DNA from: Bacteroidota bacterium
GTDB taxonomy: Bacteria > Bacteroidota > Ignavibacteria > Kryptoniales > JAKASW01
Direction of reading: 5' to 3'
Length of the DNA: 64,000 nt
Assembly (NCBI GenBank): GCA_021794075.1
Contig: JAJYRM010000008.1
Coordinates: forward strand, 5,022 to 69,021
Position numbers and translations under genes: made by a program. Below are positions 19,489 through 28,817 of this stretch, one piece after another. Below the pieces are notes generated by a model, which saw only the letters and a list, made by a program, of their open reading frames with translations, ran no database searches and was not told where the DNA came from. Every line of letters begins with the position of its first letter. Positions within the stretch are counted from its first letter, which is position 1.

Positions 19489-19758
19489 ATGAAAGTTGGT
19501 TCTATTTCAAGTATGGGGTTTTCGCCGGTATCACAGAGAGAGCCGGCAAAAAGTTCAAGGGTGGCAGCTCCGGAACAAAAATCTCAGTCGACGGCGGGAG
19601 TCTCGCTTAGTCATGGCGGCTTGACAAATGCCGAGCGCGCGTTTTTTGCGAAACTGTTTCCGGAATCCTCGTCGCAAATACATGCCCATTCAACTTATTC
19701 GCCCAACGGTATTCATTCTTCCATGGAGCCCGGGCAAATCATAAATAGAAAGGTGTAG
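19489..19758 (+). CDS. Hypothetical 89-aa protein inserted between flgC and fliE
   Basis: GAGGAG lies 4 nt upstream of the ATG, and the stop is 1 nt before the fliE ATG. Ser/Pro/Gln-rich with no TM segment and no family I recognise. Confidence 0.5.
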   Translation: MKVGSISSMGFSPVSQREPAKSSRVAAPEQKSQSTAGVSLSHGGLTNAERAFFAKLFPESSSQIHAHSTYSPNGIHSSMEPGQIINRKV

Positions 19759-19759
19759 G

Positions 19760-20059
19760 ATGCAGGTCAGTGAACTTCAGGCAGCGATAGGCAGATTGGC
19801 GCCTGATATTTCTGCTAACAAAAGCGCCAACGATGCGACAACAAGTTTTGGGGAAATGCTCGACGGCTTCGTCAATCATGTCAACGATCTTCAAAACAGC
19901 GCGAACACAGCCATGGACAAGATGGCGTCTGGCCAGCCGGCGGACGTCAACGAGGTCATGGTCGCCATGGAAAAGGCAAAGGTAAGCTTCGACATGCTTC
20001 TTCAGATCAGGAACAAGATGCTCGATGCTTACAAGCAGATTATGCAGATGCAGATGTGA
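19760..20059 (+). CDS. fliE: Flagellar hook-basal body protein FliE
   Basis: About 100 aa. FGEMLDGFVNHVNDLQNSA ... EVMVAMEKAKVSFDMLLQIRNKMLDAYKQIMQMQ is the typical FliE pattern. Confidence 0.9.
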   Translation: MQVSELQAAIGRLAPDISANKSANDATTSFGEMLDGFVNHVNDLQNSANTAMDKMASGQPADVNEVMVAMEKAKVSFDMLLQIRNKMLDAYKQIMQMQM

Positions 20060-20070
20060 GTCGCTGACAA

Positions 20071-21648
20071 ATGGCAAATTCACCGTCGTCTTTTCCCGGC
20101 CAGTTCTCATCCATATTTAAGAAGCTGACTTTTCAGCAGAAGATAGGCATTGGTATCGCGGCCGTAGTCTCCGTGATCGCCGTTGTCATGCTGATAAACT
20201 GGGCAAACAAACCGACATACGGCGTGCTCTTCTCCAATCTGGAACCACAGGATGCCTCAAAGATAGTCGATAAGCTGAAATCCGCGGCGGTGCCCTACGA
20301 ATTGGGCGACCAGGGCAAATCGATCCTGGTTCCTAAGAACAAGGTCTATGCGCTACGGCTGCAACTGGCCGGAGAGGGCCTCCCGAAATCAAGCATCGTC
20401 GGCTACGGAATTTTCGACAAGCCGACGTTTGGGATGACCGATTTCACTGAACGGGTGGACTACAAGAGGGCTCTGGAAGGAGAGTTAGAAAAGACGATAC
20501 TTCAGCTTGACGAAGTTCAGGGAGCAAGCGTGCGTATCGTCATTCCGGAAAAGGCCCTGTTTCGCAGTCAACAACAGAAAACCACGGCGTCCGTCTTCCT
20601 CAAACTGAAACAAGGGGCGCACCTGAACGCGGAAGAAATAAACGGTATTCAGAATCTTGTTGCCGCGAGCATAGAAGGACTCAGTCCGGACAACGTTACA
20701 ATAGTCGATTCAAAAGGAGACATGCTTTCAAGAAAAACTTCGGGCATTGATGCACTGACATCTTCGGAGTACGATCTTCAGACAAAAGTTGAGAACTATC
20801 TTGCCAACAAGGCCCAGAGCATGCTCGACGCCGTTCTCGGTCCAGGCAACGCGATAGTCAGGGTGAACGCCGATCTGGATTTTAACCAGGTGGAGAAGAC
20901 TACGGAGCAATATGATCCGAACAGCGTTGTCCTCAGCGAGCAGACGATGCAGCAGCATTCGGCAGTCCCGGCAGACTCGCTCTCGAACAATTCCGGACAG
21001 ACCAACGTCGTTACCAACTATGACGTTGGAAAGACAGTGGAGAAGCTGGTCGGCAGCGTCGGAAGCATAAAGAAGCTCTCCGTTGCGGTGCTGGTAAACG
21101 GGAAATTCACTGCCATAAATAAAGGGGGAGTGCAGACTATCGAGTATACTCCGCGAAGTCAGCAGGAGATATCCCAGCTTACGAACATCGTGGAGTCTGC
21201 CGTCGGATATGACGCGAACCGAGGAGACCAGGTCTCTCTTGTCAATATTCCCTTTGAAAACGGCAACCAGCAATACATGATGAAGCAGAAGCCCGGTCTC
21301 AATGTTCAGGATTACGCGGACAAATTTGTGATACTCGCCGCGATGATCGGGGCCATAGTGGTCTTTCTATCGATTTTCCGAAAACTTCGGAAGCAGGAAG
21401 CGGAACCTTTGAAGCAGGTAACGGTCTCCAGGCAGCCGAAACAAGCGCTTGCCGATGGTGAGAGGGCATCGCTCAACGCTCGGGATAGGGAGGATGTCGT
21501 CGAAAGTCTGCAGGCCGCCGAATATTCGGAGGAAATTCTTAGGGCTCAAAAGATCAGGGAGACCGTCGGAGAATACATACAGACAAAGCCGGTAGACGCG
21601 GCAAAATTATTGAAAGTTTGGCTAACGGATGGCGGTGAAAATGTCTAA
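20071..21648 (+). CDS. fliF: Flagellar MS-ring protein FliF
   Basis: N-terminal TM segment, YscJ/FliF ring-building motifs (PYELGDQGKSILVP, ALRLQLAGEGLP), a second TM segment near the C-terminus and a C-terminal FliG-binding tail. Confidence 0.93.
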   Translation: MANSPSSFPGQFSSIFKKLTFQQKIGIGIAAVVSVIAVVMLINWANKPTYGVLFSNLEPQDASKIVDKLKSAAVPYELGDQGKSILVPKNKVYALRLQLAGEGLPKSSIVGYGIFDKPTFGMTDFTERVDYKRALEGELEKTILQLDEVQGASVRIVIPEKALFRSQQQKTTASVFLKLKQGAHLNAEEINGIQNLVAASIEGLSPDNVTIVDSKGDMLSRKTSGIDALTSSEYDLQTKVENYLANKAQSMLDAVLGPGNAIVRVNADLDFNQVEKTTEQYDPNSVVLSEQTMQQHSAVPADSLSNNSGQTNVVTNYDVGKTVEKLVGSVGSIKKLSVAVLVNGKFTAINKGGVQTIEYTPRSQQEISQLTNIVESAVGYDANRGDQVSLVNIPFENGNQQYMMKQKPGLNVQDYADKFVILAAMIGAIVVFLSIFRKLRKQEAEPLKQVTVSRQPKQALADGERASLNARDREDVVESLQAAEYSEEILRAQKIRETVGEYIQTKPVDAAKLLKVWLTDGGENV

Positions 21649-22675
21649 AGAAGTTGCCCGTCAGATCACATTTGAACAGTTGACCGGAAGGCAGAAGGCC
21701 GCAGTCCTCATGATAGCTCTCGACGTGGAGAGCGCCGCCCATATTTTCAAACACCTTGACCAGGGAGAGATCGAGAGACTTACGGTCGAGATTACGAACA
21801 TGCAGGGAGTTCATTCCAACGTAATCAACAAAGTGATGGAGGAATTCCAGCAGCTCAGCCTGGCCCAGGAGTATATCGTTAAAGGCGGCCTCGATTATGC
21901 CCAATCTGTCCTCGAGAAGGCTCTAGGTGCTATGAGGGCGGGCGAGATAATAGAGAAGGTAAAGGAACTCACGACCGTTAGGGGCTTTTCCGTCTTGAAA
22001 AAGGCGGAGCCGCGACAGTTGGCGAACTTTCTTCAAAAGGAACATCCCCAGACGATTGCCCTCATCCTCAGTCATCTCGCGTCCGAACTGGCAGCGGACG
22101 TGCTTGAAGCTTTCCCGGAGGATCTACGGGCTGATGTCGCTTTCAGGGTCACTACGCTTGGAAGGGTGGCGCCTTCGCTCGTGGGTGAAATCGAGAGTGT
22201 CGTGGATGAGGTAGCGGAAGAGGTAATAAATGAAAACAGTACCTCGACCGGTGGTGCGAAGGCGATGGCGGCCATACTGAACAAAGTCGGCGTTGTGCAG
22301 GCGAAATTCCTGATGACCGCGATCGAGCAGCGTGACCCGCAGGTTGCCACGGAGGTCAAGCGCCTGATGTTCATGTTTGAAGACATCCTTTACATCGATG
22401 ACCGCAGCGTACAGCGGATACTTCGCGAGGTTGACAAGAAAGATCTTACCCTTGCGCTCAAGATCGCTGATGATAAACTCAAACAGAAGATATACGCGAA
22501 TATGTCCGAGCGTGCGACGGAGATGATCAAGGAAGAGCTCCAATTCATGGGCCCTGTGAGACTACGGGATGTGGAATCCGCGCAGACGAGAATAGTCGAT
22601 GTCATCCGCCAGCTGGAAGAAAACGAAGAGATTGTAATCGGAGGAAGAGGGAGCCCGGAGGATGTCTTTGTCTAG
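21641..22675 (+). CDS. fliG: Flagellar motor switch protein FliG
   Basis: LTGRQKAAVLMIAL, EHPQTIALILSHL, and C-terminal MSERATEMIKEELQFMGPVRLRDVESAQTRIV. An alternative start at 21629 is possible. Confidence 0.95.
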   Translation: MSKEVARQITFEQLTGRQKAAVLMIALDVESAAHIFKHLDQGEIERLTVEITNMQGVHSNVINKVMEEFQQLSLAQEYIVKGGLDYAQSVLEKALGAMRAGEIIEKVKELTTVRGFSVLKKAEPRQLANFLQKEHPQTIALILSHLASELAADVLEAFPEDLRADVAFRVTTLGRVAPSLVGEIESVVDEVAEEVINENSTSTGGAKAMAAILNKVGVVQAKFLMTAIEQRDPQVATEVKRLMFMFEDILYIDDRSVQRILREVDKKDLTLALKIADDKLKQKIYANMSERATEMIKEELQFMGPVRLRDVESAQTRIVDVIRQLEENEEIVIGGRGSPEDVFV

Positions 22676-23405
22676 AGAGTCAGTGCAGGACGGCAAGCCG
22701 AATGTCATCAAGCTTCATTCTCGCTTTCATGATTTGAAGATCGTGGACTACAGAAGTGTGATTGAAGAAATAGTTGCCGACAAGAAGAATATTGTTAAAG
22801 TCGACGTTGAAGATATCGTCGGAAGTGCCCAGCCAATGATTGGCGAGCCGGTGGCGATAGACGTTGACGCGGGGCTCCAGGAGGCGGCTAAGAAAGCGGT
22901 AGCTGAAGCGTACGAAAAGGGATTTGAGGCCGGAAAGCTCGAAGCTTCCATCACGCTCCAGTCGGAATACGACCGCAAAGTGGGAGAGGTAACCGAGAAT
23001 TTCCCATCCGTGCTTAGGGAGTTTGCAGCCGAGGTGGCAAGATTCAGTCAGGATTTTGATAGAGCCGTGGTGACGCTGGCTCTGGCGATAGCGAGAAGAA
23101 TCGTCGCGAGAGAAATAGCGGAAGATGAAGGCGCCGTCCTTGCCAAATCGCGCGAAGCGATAAAGAAAATCATCGGCGTCGAGAAGATAAAGATTCACAT
23201 CAATCCTTCCGATGAAGAATATATGAGGGAGCACAGGAACGACCTGAGCGCCTATGCCGACTCCGTGAAGGAGATTGTGATAGAAGCCGACGGCAAAGTT
23301 GAGCGTGGAGGATGTATCATCGAAAGCGAACTCGGTAATATAGACGCGAGGGTATCGACTCAATTTGAACTCATAGAAGAAGCCTTGTTAGGTTTAACCA
23401 AATAA
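22662..23405 (+). CDS. fliH: Flagellar export protein FliH
   Basis: Position between fliG and fliI, and a FliH/YscL-like C-terminus (IHINPSDEEYM..., ERGGCIIESELGNIDARVSTQFELIEEAL). Confidence 0.8.
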   Translation: MSLSRESVQDGKPNVIKLHSRFHDLKIVDYRSVIEEIVADKKNIVKVDVEDIVGSAQPMIGEPVAIDVDAGLQEAAKKAVAEAYEKGFEAGKLEASITLQSEYDRKVGEVTENFPSVLREFAAEVARFSQDFDRAVVTLALAIARRIVAREIAEDEGAVLAKSREAIKKIIGVEKIKIHINPSDEEYMREHRNDLSAYADSVKEIVIEADGKVERGGCIIESELGNIDARVSTQFELIEEALLGLTK

Positions 23406-24748
23406 TGAGCGCAGCTTTTTCCGGAACGGACACTTACGTGGAACACATCGATAAGTATATCGACCAGCTTGAGAGACTCGACCTTGTCAAGGTGAACGGT
23501 CGTGTTTCGGAGGTAATTGGTCTGGTAATAGAGTCTGTCGGACCGACAAGCTCGCTTGGCGATGTGTGCAGCATAAAGTCACGAGACGGTGAAGAGCTCT
23601 GTATGTCCGAAGTGGTTGGCTTCAGGAGCAACAGGGTTTTATCCATGGTGCTGGGAAGCGCGTCGAGCATCGGTCCGGGAAGTGAAATTGTGGCTAGCGG
23701 CAAAACATTCTCCGTTGGTGTCGGCATGGATTTGCTGGGGAGAGTTTTGGACGGTCTTGGCAGGCCTATGGACGGTCTTGGCCCGGTCGATTTCGAGGAA
23801 ATGCGCTCGATATATGCCGCTCCGCCAAATCCGCTTGAGAGGAAGAGAATCACGAAGCCGATTTCCAGTGGAATCCGCTCGATCGATTCACTCATCACGA
23901 TGGGAAAAGGTCAGAGAATGGGAATCTTCGCCGGGAGCGGCGTGGGCAAAAGCGTCACTCTTGGCATGATTGCCAGAAACTCCAGCGCCGACGTGAACGT
24001 GATCGCTCTCGTTGGCGAACGCGGCAGGGAAGTAAGGGATTTTATAGAAAAAGAACTCGGCGAAGAAGGCCTGAAGAAAAGCGTTCTCGTGGTTGCCACG
24101 AGCGACCAGGCCTCTTTGATACGCGTCAAGTCTTCACTCATAGCCACAACGATCGCTGAATACTTCAGAGACAAGGGACTCGACGTACTCCTCATGATGG
24201 ACTCCGTCACGCGCGTCGCGATGGCGCAAAGGGAAGTTGGACTGACGATCGGCGAACCGCCGACTACCAAAGGATATACTCCAAGCGTGTTCGCGTTACT
24301 TCCGAGGCTCCTCGAGCGCGCCGGTAACTCCCGAAAGGGAAGCATCACGGGTCTGTACACGGTTCTTGTCGAAGGCGACGATATGAACGAGCCGATAGCC
24401 GACGCAGCGAGATCGATACTCGACGGACATATCGTGCTGTCGAGGAAACTCGCTTCCTCCGGTCATTACCCGGCCGTCGACGTACTTGAAAGCGTCTCCC
24501 GCGTTATGCCCGACGTAACGACCAGAGACCACAGGAAAGCCTCCGGATATCTTCTGGATTTGCTCGCTACCTACCGGGAAGCCGAGGATCTTATCAACAT
24601 AGGCGCGTACGTGAAGGGAAGCAGCCAGAAGATAGACAAAGCGGTCGCGATGATAGAGCCGATAAGGAAGTTTCTCAGACAGGGAATGGATGAGATTTCG
24701 ACGTTGGATGATGCCTTGAGCCGGCTAATGGAATTGACCAAAGACTAG
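23405..24748 (+). CDS. fliI: Flagellum-specific ATPase FliI
   Basis: Walker A GSGVGKS, Walker B LLMMDSVTR, and F1/T3SS ATPase signatures throughout. Confidence 0.95.
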   Translation: MSAAFSGTDTYVEHIDKYIDQLERLDLVKVNGRVSEVIGLVIESVGPTSSLGDVCSIKSRDGEELCMSEVVGFRSNRVLSMVLGSASSIGPGSEIVASGKTFSVGVGMDLLGRVLDGLGRPMDGLGPVDFEEMRSIYAAPPNPLERKRITKPISSGIRSIDSLITMGKGQRMGIFAGSGVGKSVTLGMIARNSSADVNVIALVGERGREVRDFIEKELGEEGLKKSVLVVATSDQASLIRVKSSLIATTIAEYFRDKGLDVLLMMDSVTRVAMAQREVGLTIGEPPTTKGYTPSVFALLPRLLERAGNSRKGSITGLYTVLVEGDDMNEPIADAARSILDGHIVLSRKLASSGHYPAVDVLESVSRVMPDVTTRDHRKASGYLLDLLATYREAEDLINIGAYVKGSSQKIDKAVAMIEPIRKFLRQGMDEISTLDDALSRLMELTKD

Positions 24749-24760
24749 GATATGTGAGAG

Positions 24761-25189
24761 ATGGCAAAATTTAAATTCAGACTGCAATCGTTGATCAAAG
24801 TTAAAGAGATACAGGAAAAGAAGGTGGAGCGGGAGCTTGCGACTATCAAGAACAACATACTGAAGGAGCAGGCCCGTCTCGATGATCTGAAGCACGAACA
24901 CGAAAGACTTGTTTCGGCCTCTCCTGTCGAGGGCAAAGTGAGAGCCGCCGATATCGCTCTTCGCCAGGACTACATCCAAAAAATTTCCAGCCAGATACAT
25001 TTCGAGAACACGAGAATCGTACTCCTGACTCAGTCGGAGAATAAGAAAATCGACGAAGTAATGGAAGTGAAGAAAGACAAGGAAGCCATCGAACGCCTGA
25101 GAGAAAAAAGGTTTGAAGAATACAAGAAAGACATTGAAAAAAAGGAGCAAGTGTTGATCGACGCGCTTGCCCAAAGGATTAGCGGCTGA
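24761..25189 (+). CDS. fliJ: Flagellar export chaperone FliJ
   Basis: A 142-aa all-coiled-coil protein directly after fliI. It starts MAKFKFRLQSLIKVKE, as FliJ proteins do. Confidence 0.75.
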   Translation: MAKFKFRLQSLIKVKEIQEKKVERELATIKNNILKEQARLDDLKHEHERLVSASPVEGKVRAADIALRQDYIQKISSQIHFENTRIVLLTQSENKKIDEVMEVKKDKEAIERLREKRFEEYKKDIEKKEQVLIDALAQRISG

Positions 25190-25191
25190 AG

Positions 25192-25779
25192 ATGAAGACT
25201 ATAGTCGCGTATGTCCTTGGATTCTCGGTGACGTTCACTGTCATTGCCGGTGGAATGTACTTTTTGTCGGAAAAATACCCGTGGATGTTCGGGCAATCCG
25301 ACGCGCAGACCGTGAAGAATGCCAGTGCTAAAGTTGCGGCAACCAATCCGGGTGGACTTGTGGGAATGAGCGGCGGGAGTGCCGGAGCCGATACTTCAAG
25401 CGGCGCGAACGAGACCGTTATCACGCTAAAGAAAATGCTTGCCGCCAAGAACGATACAATCGCGGTCAGGGACGATTCGATCAGGTCTCTGAGCAGGTCT
25501 CTCTCTCAACTTCAGATGAAAACTTCCGATGCTAGTAGTATGATTGCCCAGCTTCAAAGCGAAGTCAATTCCTGGAAAAGCAAAAAGAAGGCGGACCTTG
25601 CGTCTGCTTATAACGACATGGATCCGGCCATTGCGGCGAAAATTATGACAAACCTCGACGACCGTGATATCATTTTCATTTTATCGACAATACAGAAGAA
25701 ACAGGCAGGAAAAATTCTTGGAGATCTTGATCCTACCAGGGCCGCGAAACTGATGATGAGTCTTAATACCACCAAATGA
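25192..25779 (+). CDS. MotE/YlxF-like protein with MgtE-N-type repeat
   Basis: N-terminal TM segment, a coiled coil, then MDPAIAAKIMTNLDDRDIIFILSTIQKKQAGKILGDLDPTRAAKLM (MgtE_N-like). Same position as ylxF in Bacillus-type operons. Confidence 0.6.
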   Translation: MKTIVAYVLGFSVTFTVIAGGMYFLSEKYPWMFGQSDAQTVKNASAKVAATNPGGLVGMSGGSAGADTSSGANETVITLKKMLAAKNDTIAVRDDSIRSLSRSLSQLQMKTSDASSMIAQLQSEVNSWKSKKKADLASAYNDMDPAIAAKIMTNLDDRDIIFILSTIQKKQAGKILGDLDPTRAAKLMMSLNTTK

Positions 25780-27560
25780 CGCAGGCAATCCAGATATTGG
25801 GCTCAAACGCCTCTGGTCCATCGACGACAGGCGGAGCGCAGCCGACAGGTTCGGCTTCCCCTGTCAATGCGCTGGGATTCAACGCGTTGATGGAAATCTT
25901 GGCGTCGCTACTGATGGTCAATGGAGGCGCTCAAACTACTTCAGCGCAAAGCTATCCTGCCGCAGCCCAATCAGCGGATCCATTGTCACAGACCACTTCT
26001 TCCTCAGGGACTTCATCCGGAAATTCAGGCGTCACATTACTTGAGCAATTGACCTCCATTTTATCCGGAAGTGGGCAATCTAAACAGGGAAAAGATTCCG
26101 CGAGCAATTCGCAGACTGCGGCGCAGTATTCGCTCGCAGGATTGGCTATCGCTCCGGCTTATCCGAGTATGGCGCCGACTCAAACAGACCTGCCGAACAA
26201 CCCGCAGCTCGCTTTGACTGGTATTACGACCGCGATGCTGTCGCAGGTTGAGAAAGAGCTTGCCTCGCTCGTGGAGACTAATCAACTCTCCGCGACGCAA
26301 GGAAGTTCATCGGCGATCGTCGGTGATATCGCCCAGCCGAACGCGAACTCAGGAAGCAACACGGCTAATCCTGCCAGCACGAACGAGCAGTCAGCGGTTT
26401 CTCCAGCGACCGAAAAGGAATTAGCGAATTTATTGTCGATAGCCTCGGGAAGTGCGCCAGGCCCTAAGGCGCTTAAGGAGTTGAACGCCATATTAGCTGG
26501 CGTGAACGGCGGCGACGCAGTTTCTATGCAGGATATTCTTCAGAGATTAGAGGCATCGGCCAAGCTTGCCGCATCCGCGCAACCTTCACAGCCGGTATCG
26601 CAAGGGTATGCAGTCGCTCCTTCTACTGGCACTGCCTCTGCGCAAGTCCTCGGTTTTCCTCAGCAACCGACGATTAATATCAACAACGCGAATCAGCAAG
26701 GTGTTGGTGCGCCGGTGCCGTCTCCTCAAGGCAACGGGACGACCGCCTCCGCTCAACAAAGCAATGTGACAACGGCCTCAGTTGCTTCACCGGTGTCCGC
26801 AATGACGGCGGCCACGATTGAATCCGCCGCCACACAGGGTAACGCGACCGCCTCGTTAAGTGCCGGAGCTGCTTCAGCTTCTCCGCAAGCGAATACGGCG
26901 AATCAGGGTTCAAATCTGTCAGCCGCCGCGACGCAGCCTCAGATTGGACAAATCCAGGCGACTGCCACGGAGCAGGGAAATCAGAGCACCGCGGGCTCAG
27001 GTAAAGACTCCGCGGATTTACTGAAAGCGGATGCATCGCAGGCGTATATTGCGGCTTCCGGTCAGCAGAAAGTGAGTACCACATTCCAGCAGACATTGTC
27101 GGAAGTGGCTCAGAACCGGCCCACGACTCTTGTGAAGCCAGACGCGCTCCAGCTTGCCCAAAACATGGTTAGGGAAGTCAGGCTGATGGCGCAGCAAGGC
27201 AAGACGGTTGTAAACATGAAGCTTGAGCCTGAATCACTCGGATCTGTTACGCTCCAGGTGTCAAGCGAAGGGGGTAAGATCAGCGCGCAGTTCAACGTGA
27301 AGACAGCGGATGCCAGAGCTTACCTGGAAGCAAACGTTCCTGAGATAAGGCAGGCGCTAGAAACCAACGGTGTGTCGGTATCTCATCTTGGAGTGAACCT
27401 ATCGGGTGGTGAATTGCCCGCGGGAAATCAGCAGTTTGGTTATCAACCGAAGAGGCAGCGGACCAGATATTACAGCAATCAGGGTATCGCCGCGATTTCA
27501 ATAGCCGCGCCCGAGACATCAAGGACCTTCGGCTACAATACCATGGAAATGCAACTATAG
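25776..27560 (+). CDS. fliK: Flagellar hook-length control protein FliK
   Basis: Long Ala/Ser/Gln/Thr-rich ruler region followed by a Flg_hook domain (LKLEPESLGSVTLQVSSEGGKISAQFNVKTADARAYLEANVPEIRQALETNGV). Confidence 0.8.
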   Translation: MTQAIQILGSNASGPSTTGGAQPTGSASPVNALGFNALMEILASLLMVNGGAQTTSAQSYPAAAQSADPLSQTTSSSGTSSGNSGVTLLEQLTSILSGSGQSKQGKDSASNSQTAAQYSLAGLAIAPAYPSMAPTQTDLPNNPQLALTGITTAMLSQVEKELASLVETNQLSATQGSSSAIVGDIAQPNANSGSNTANPASTNEQSAVSPATEKELANLLSIASGSAPGPKALKELNAILAGVNGGDAVSMQDILQRLEASAKLAASAQPSQPVSQGYAVAPSTGTASAQVLGFPQQPTININNANQQGVGAPVPSPQGNGTTASAQQSNVTTASVASPVSAMTAATIESAATQGNATASLSAGAASASPQANTANQGSNLSAAATQPQIGQIQATATEQGNQSTAGSGKDSADLLKADASQAYIAASGQQKVSTTFQQTLSEVAQNRPTTLVKPDALQLAQNMVREVRLMAQQGKTVVNMKLEPESLGSVTLQVSSEGGKISAQFNVKTADARAYLEANVPEIRQALETNGVSVSHLGVNLSGGELPAGNQQFGYQPKRQRTRYYSNQGIAAISIAAPETSRTFGYNTMEMQL

Positions 27561-27567
27561 GTGAACT

Positions 27568-28287
27568 ATGCAACTAAATGACATAACGTCCGCTTTGCCA
27601 ACCGCAAATGCGACTACGTCGGGAACGACGGCTACTACTTCTTCTTCCTCCAGCCAGTCGTCTTCGGGTACCGGCACCTCTCAGACGCTTAATGAGCAGG
27701 ATTTTCTGCAGATGTTGGTGACTGAACTTCAGAACCAGGATCCGACGAATCCTCTCCAGAGTACAGCCCTGGCGGCACAACTGGCGCAGTTCAGCTCCGT
27801 AAGTGAGCTGCAGACCCTGAACACGAACGTCCAGAATTCGACGAACGCGAATCTCGTCATGACCCAGTCTATCAGCAACACAATGGCAGCGACATTGATC
27901 GGGAAGAAGGTTCAGGTGAATACCTCACAAATCAATTATGATGGCACGACCAACCCGACGCTCGGGTTTACGCTGCCTAGCAGCGCTGCGGATGTTAAGG
28001 TAAACATTCTGAACTCCAACGGGACAGTAATCAGGACGATCGATGAAGGACCGATGGCGAGCGGCGACCAGACCATGACGTGGGATGGAAAAGACAGCTC
28101 CGGAAATCAGGTCCCTTCTGGCGCGTATTCGTTCTCTGTTAGTGCCGCCGACTCACAGGGGAATCAAATCACTCCTTCGCTCTATGTCCTTGGCACTGTC
28201 CAGGGAGTTAAGTTCGGTTCCAACGGCGCTTCACTTCTTGTTGACGGAACGCAAGTCGACCTCTCAAGCGTCCAGGAAATCTTCTGA
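27568..28287 (+). CDS. flgD: Flagellar hook capping/assembly protein FlgD
   Basis: LNEQDFLQMLVTELQNQDPTNPL (FlgD N-terminal motif) plus a FlgD Ig-like domain (MTWDGKDSSGNQVPSGAYSFSV). Confidence 0.88.
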   Translation: MQLNDITSALPTANATTSGTTATTSSSSSQSSSGTGTSQTLNEQDFLQMLVTELQNQDPTNPLQSTALAAQLAQFSSVSELQTLNTNVQNSTNANLVMTQSISNTMAATLIGKKVQVNTSQINYDGTTNPTLGFTLPSSAADVKVNILNSNGTVIRTIDEGPMASGDQTMTWDGKDSSGNQVPSGAYSFSVSAADSQGNQITPSLYVLGTVQGVKFGSNGASLLVDGTQVDLSSVQEIF

Positions 28288-28295
28288 GGCTGAAG

Positions 28296-28682
28296 ATGCA
28301 GGAAGTCAACGGAGTCAAAATCCCCTTTGTACCTCTTGGAGGTGTTGATGGCTTAAAGTCGACACCTCAGATCGCGACGCCGGAAGGGAAAACGTTTGAT
28401 GAAGTCCTCAGGGGTGAACTGGAGGGACTTAAGTTCTCTCATCACGCCCAGACAAGGTTGGAATCGAGAAACATCCAGCTTTCAAGCGAAGACTTAAAAC
28501 AGCTCTCCGACGCGGTCAACCAGGCGGGACAGAAAGGCGCGCAGGATTCTCTGGTAGTAATGAAGAATGTAGCATTCATCGTCAATGTCAAGAATCGCAC
28601 TGTCGTAACGGCAGTTGACGGTGAAAACCTGAACAACAATTTGTTTACAAACATCGACAGTGCAGTTCTAATTAATAAATAA
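28296..28682 (+). CDS. Flagellar operon protein (TIGR02530-like)
   Basis: A 128-aa protein between flgD and flgE. The segments FSHHAQTRLESRNIQLSSEDLKQL ... VTAVDGENL...FTNIDSAV match my memory of the TIGR02530 family. Confidence 0.55.
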   Translation: MQEVNGVKIPFVPLGGVDGLKSTPQIATPEGKTFDEVLRGELEGLKFSHHAQTRLESRNIQLSSEDLKQLSDAVNQAGQKGAQDSLVVMKNVAFIVNVKNRTVVTAVDGENLNNNLFTNIDSAVLINK

Positions 28683-28817
28683 CAAAGGGCTGGCCTCCCG
28701 GTTCCGAGCTTTCGGAATCCGGAGAAGCCCCTCTGAAGCGCCGACTGACTGAAGCGCTTCAACAAATACTGAGGACGCGGTGTGCCGTGCCCTCATGAAA
28801 AAATGGAGGGTTATAAG

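Noticed and set aside
19489-19758. Interpretation of the flgC-fliE orphan as the missing anti-sigma factor FlgM
   Set aside because: Only the Ser-rich N-terminal character and a VSLS-like motif are reminiscent of FlgM. The C-terminal amphipathic helices that bind sigma-28 are absent. It is kept as hypothetical.
22680-23363. 227-aa minus-strand ORF antisense to fliH
   Set aside because: It is fully contained in fliH, within a co-directional operon with translational coupling. No domain signal.
25776-27560. Low-complexity Ala/Ser/Gln/Thr-rich stretch, as a possible DNA tandem repeat or mucin-like novelty
   Set aside because: I could find no exact nucleotide periodicity. Such ruler regions are normal for FliK, and the C-terminal Flg_hook domain is intact.
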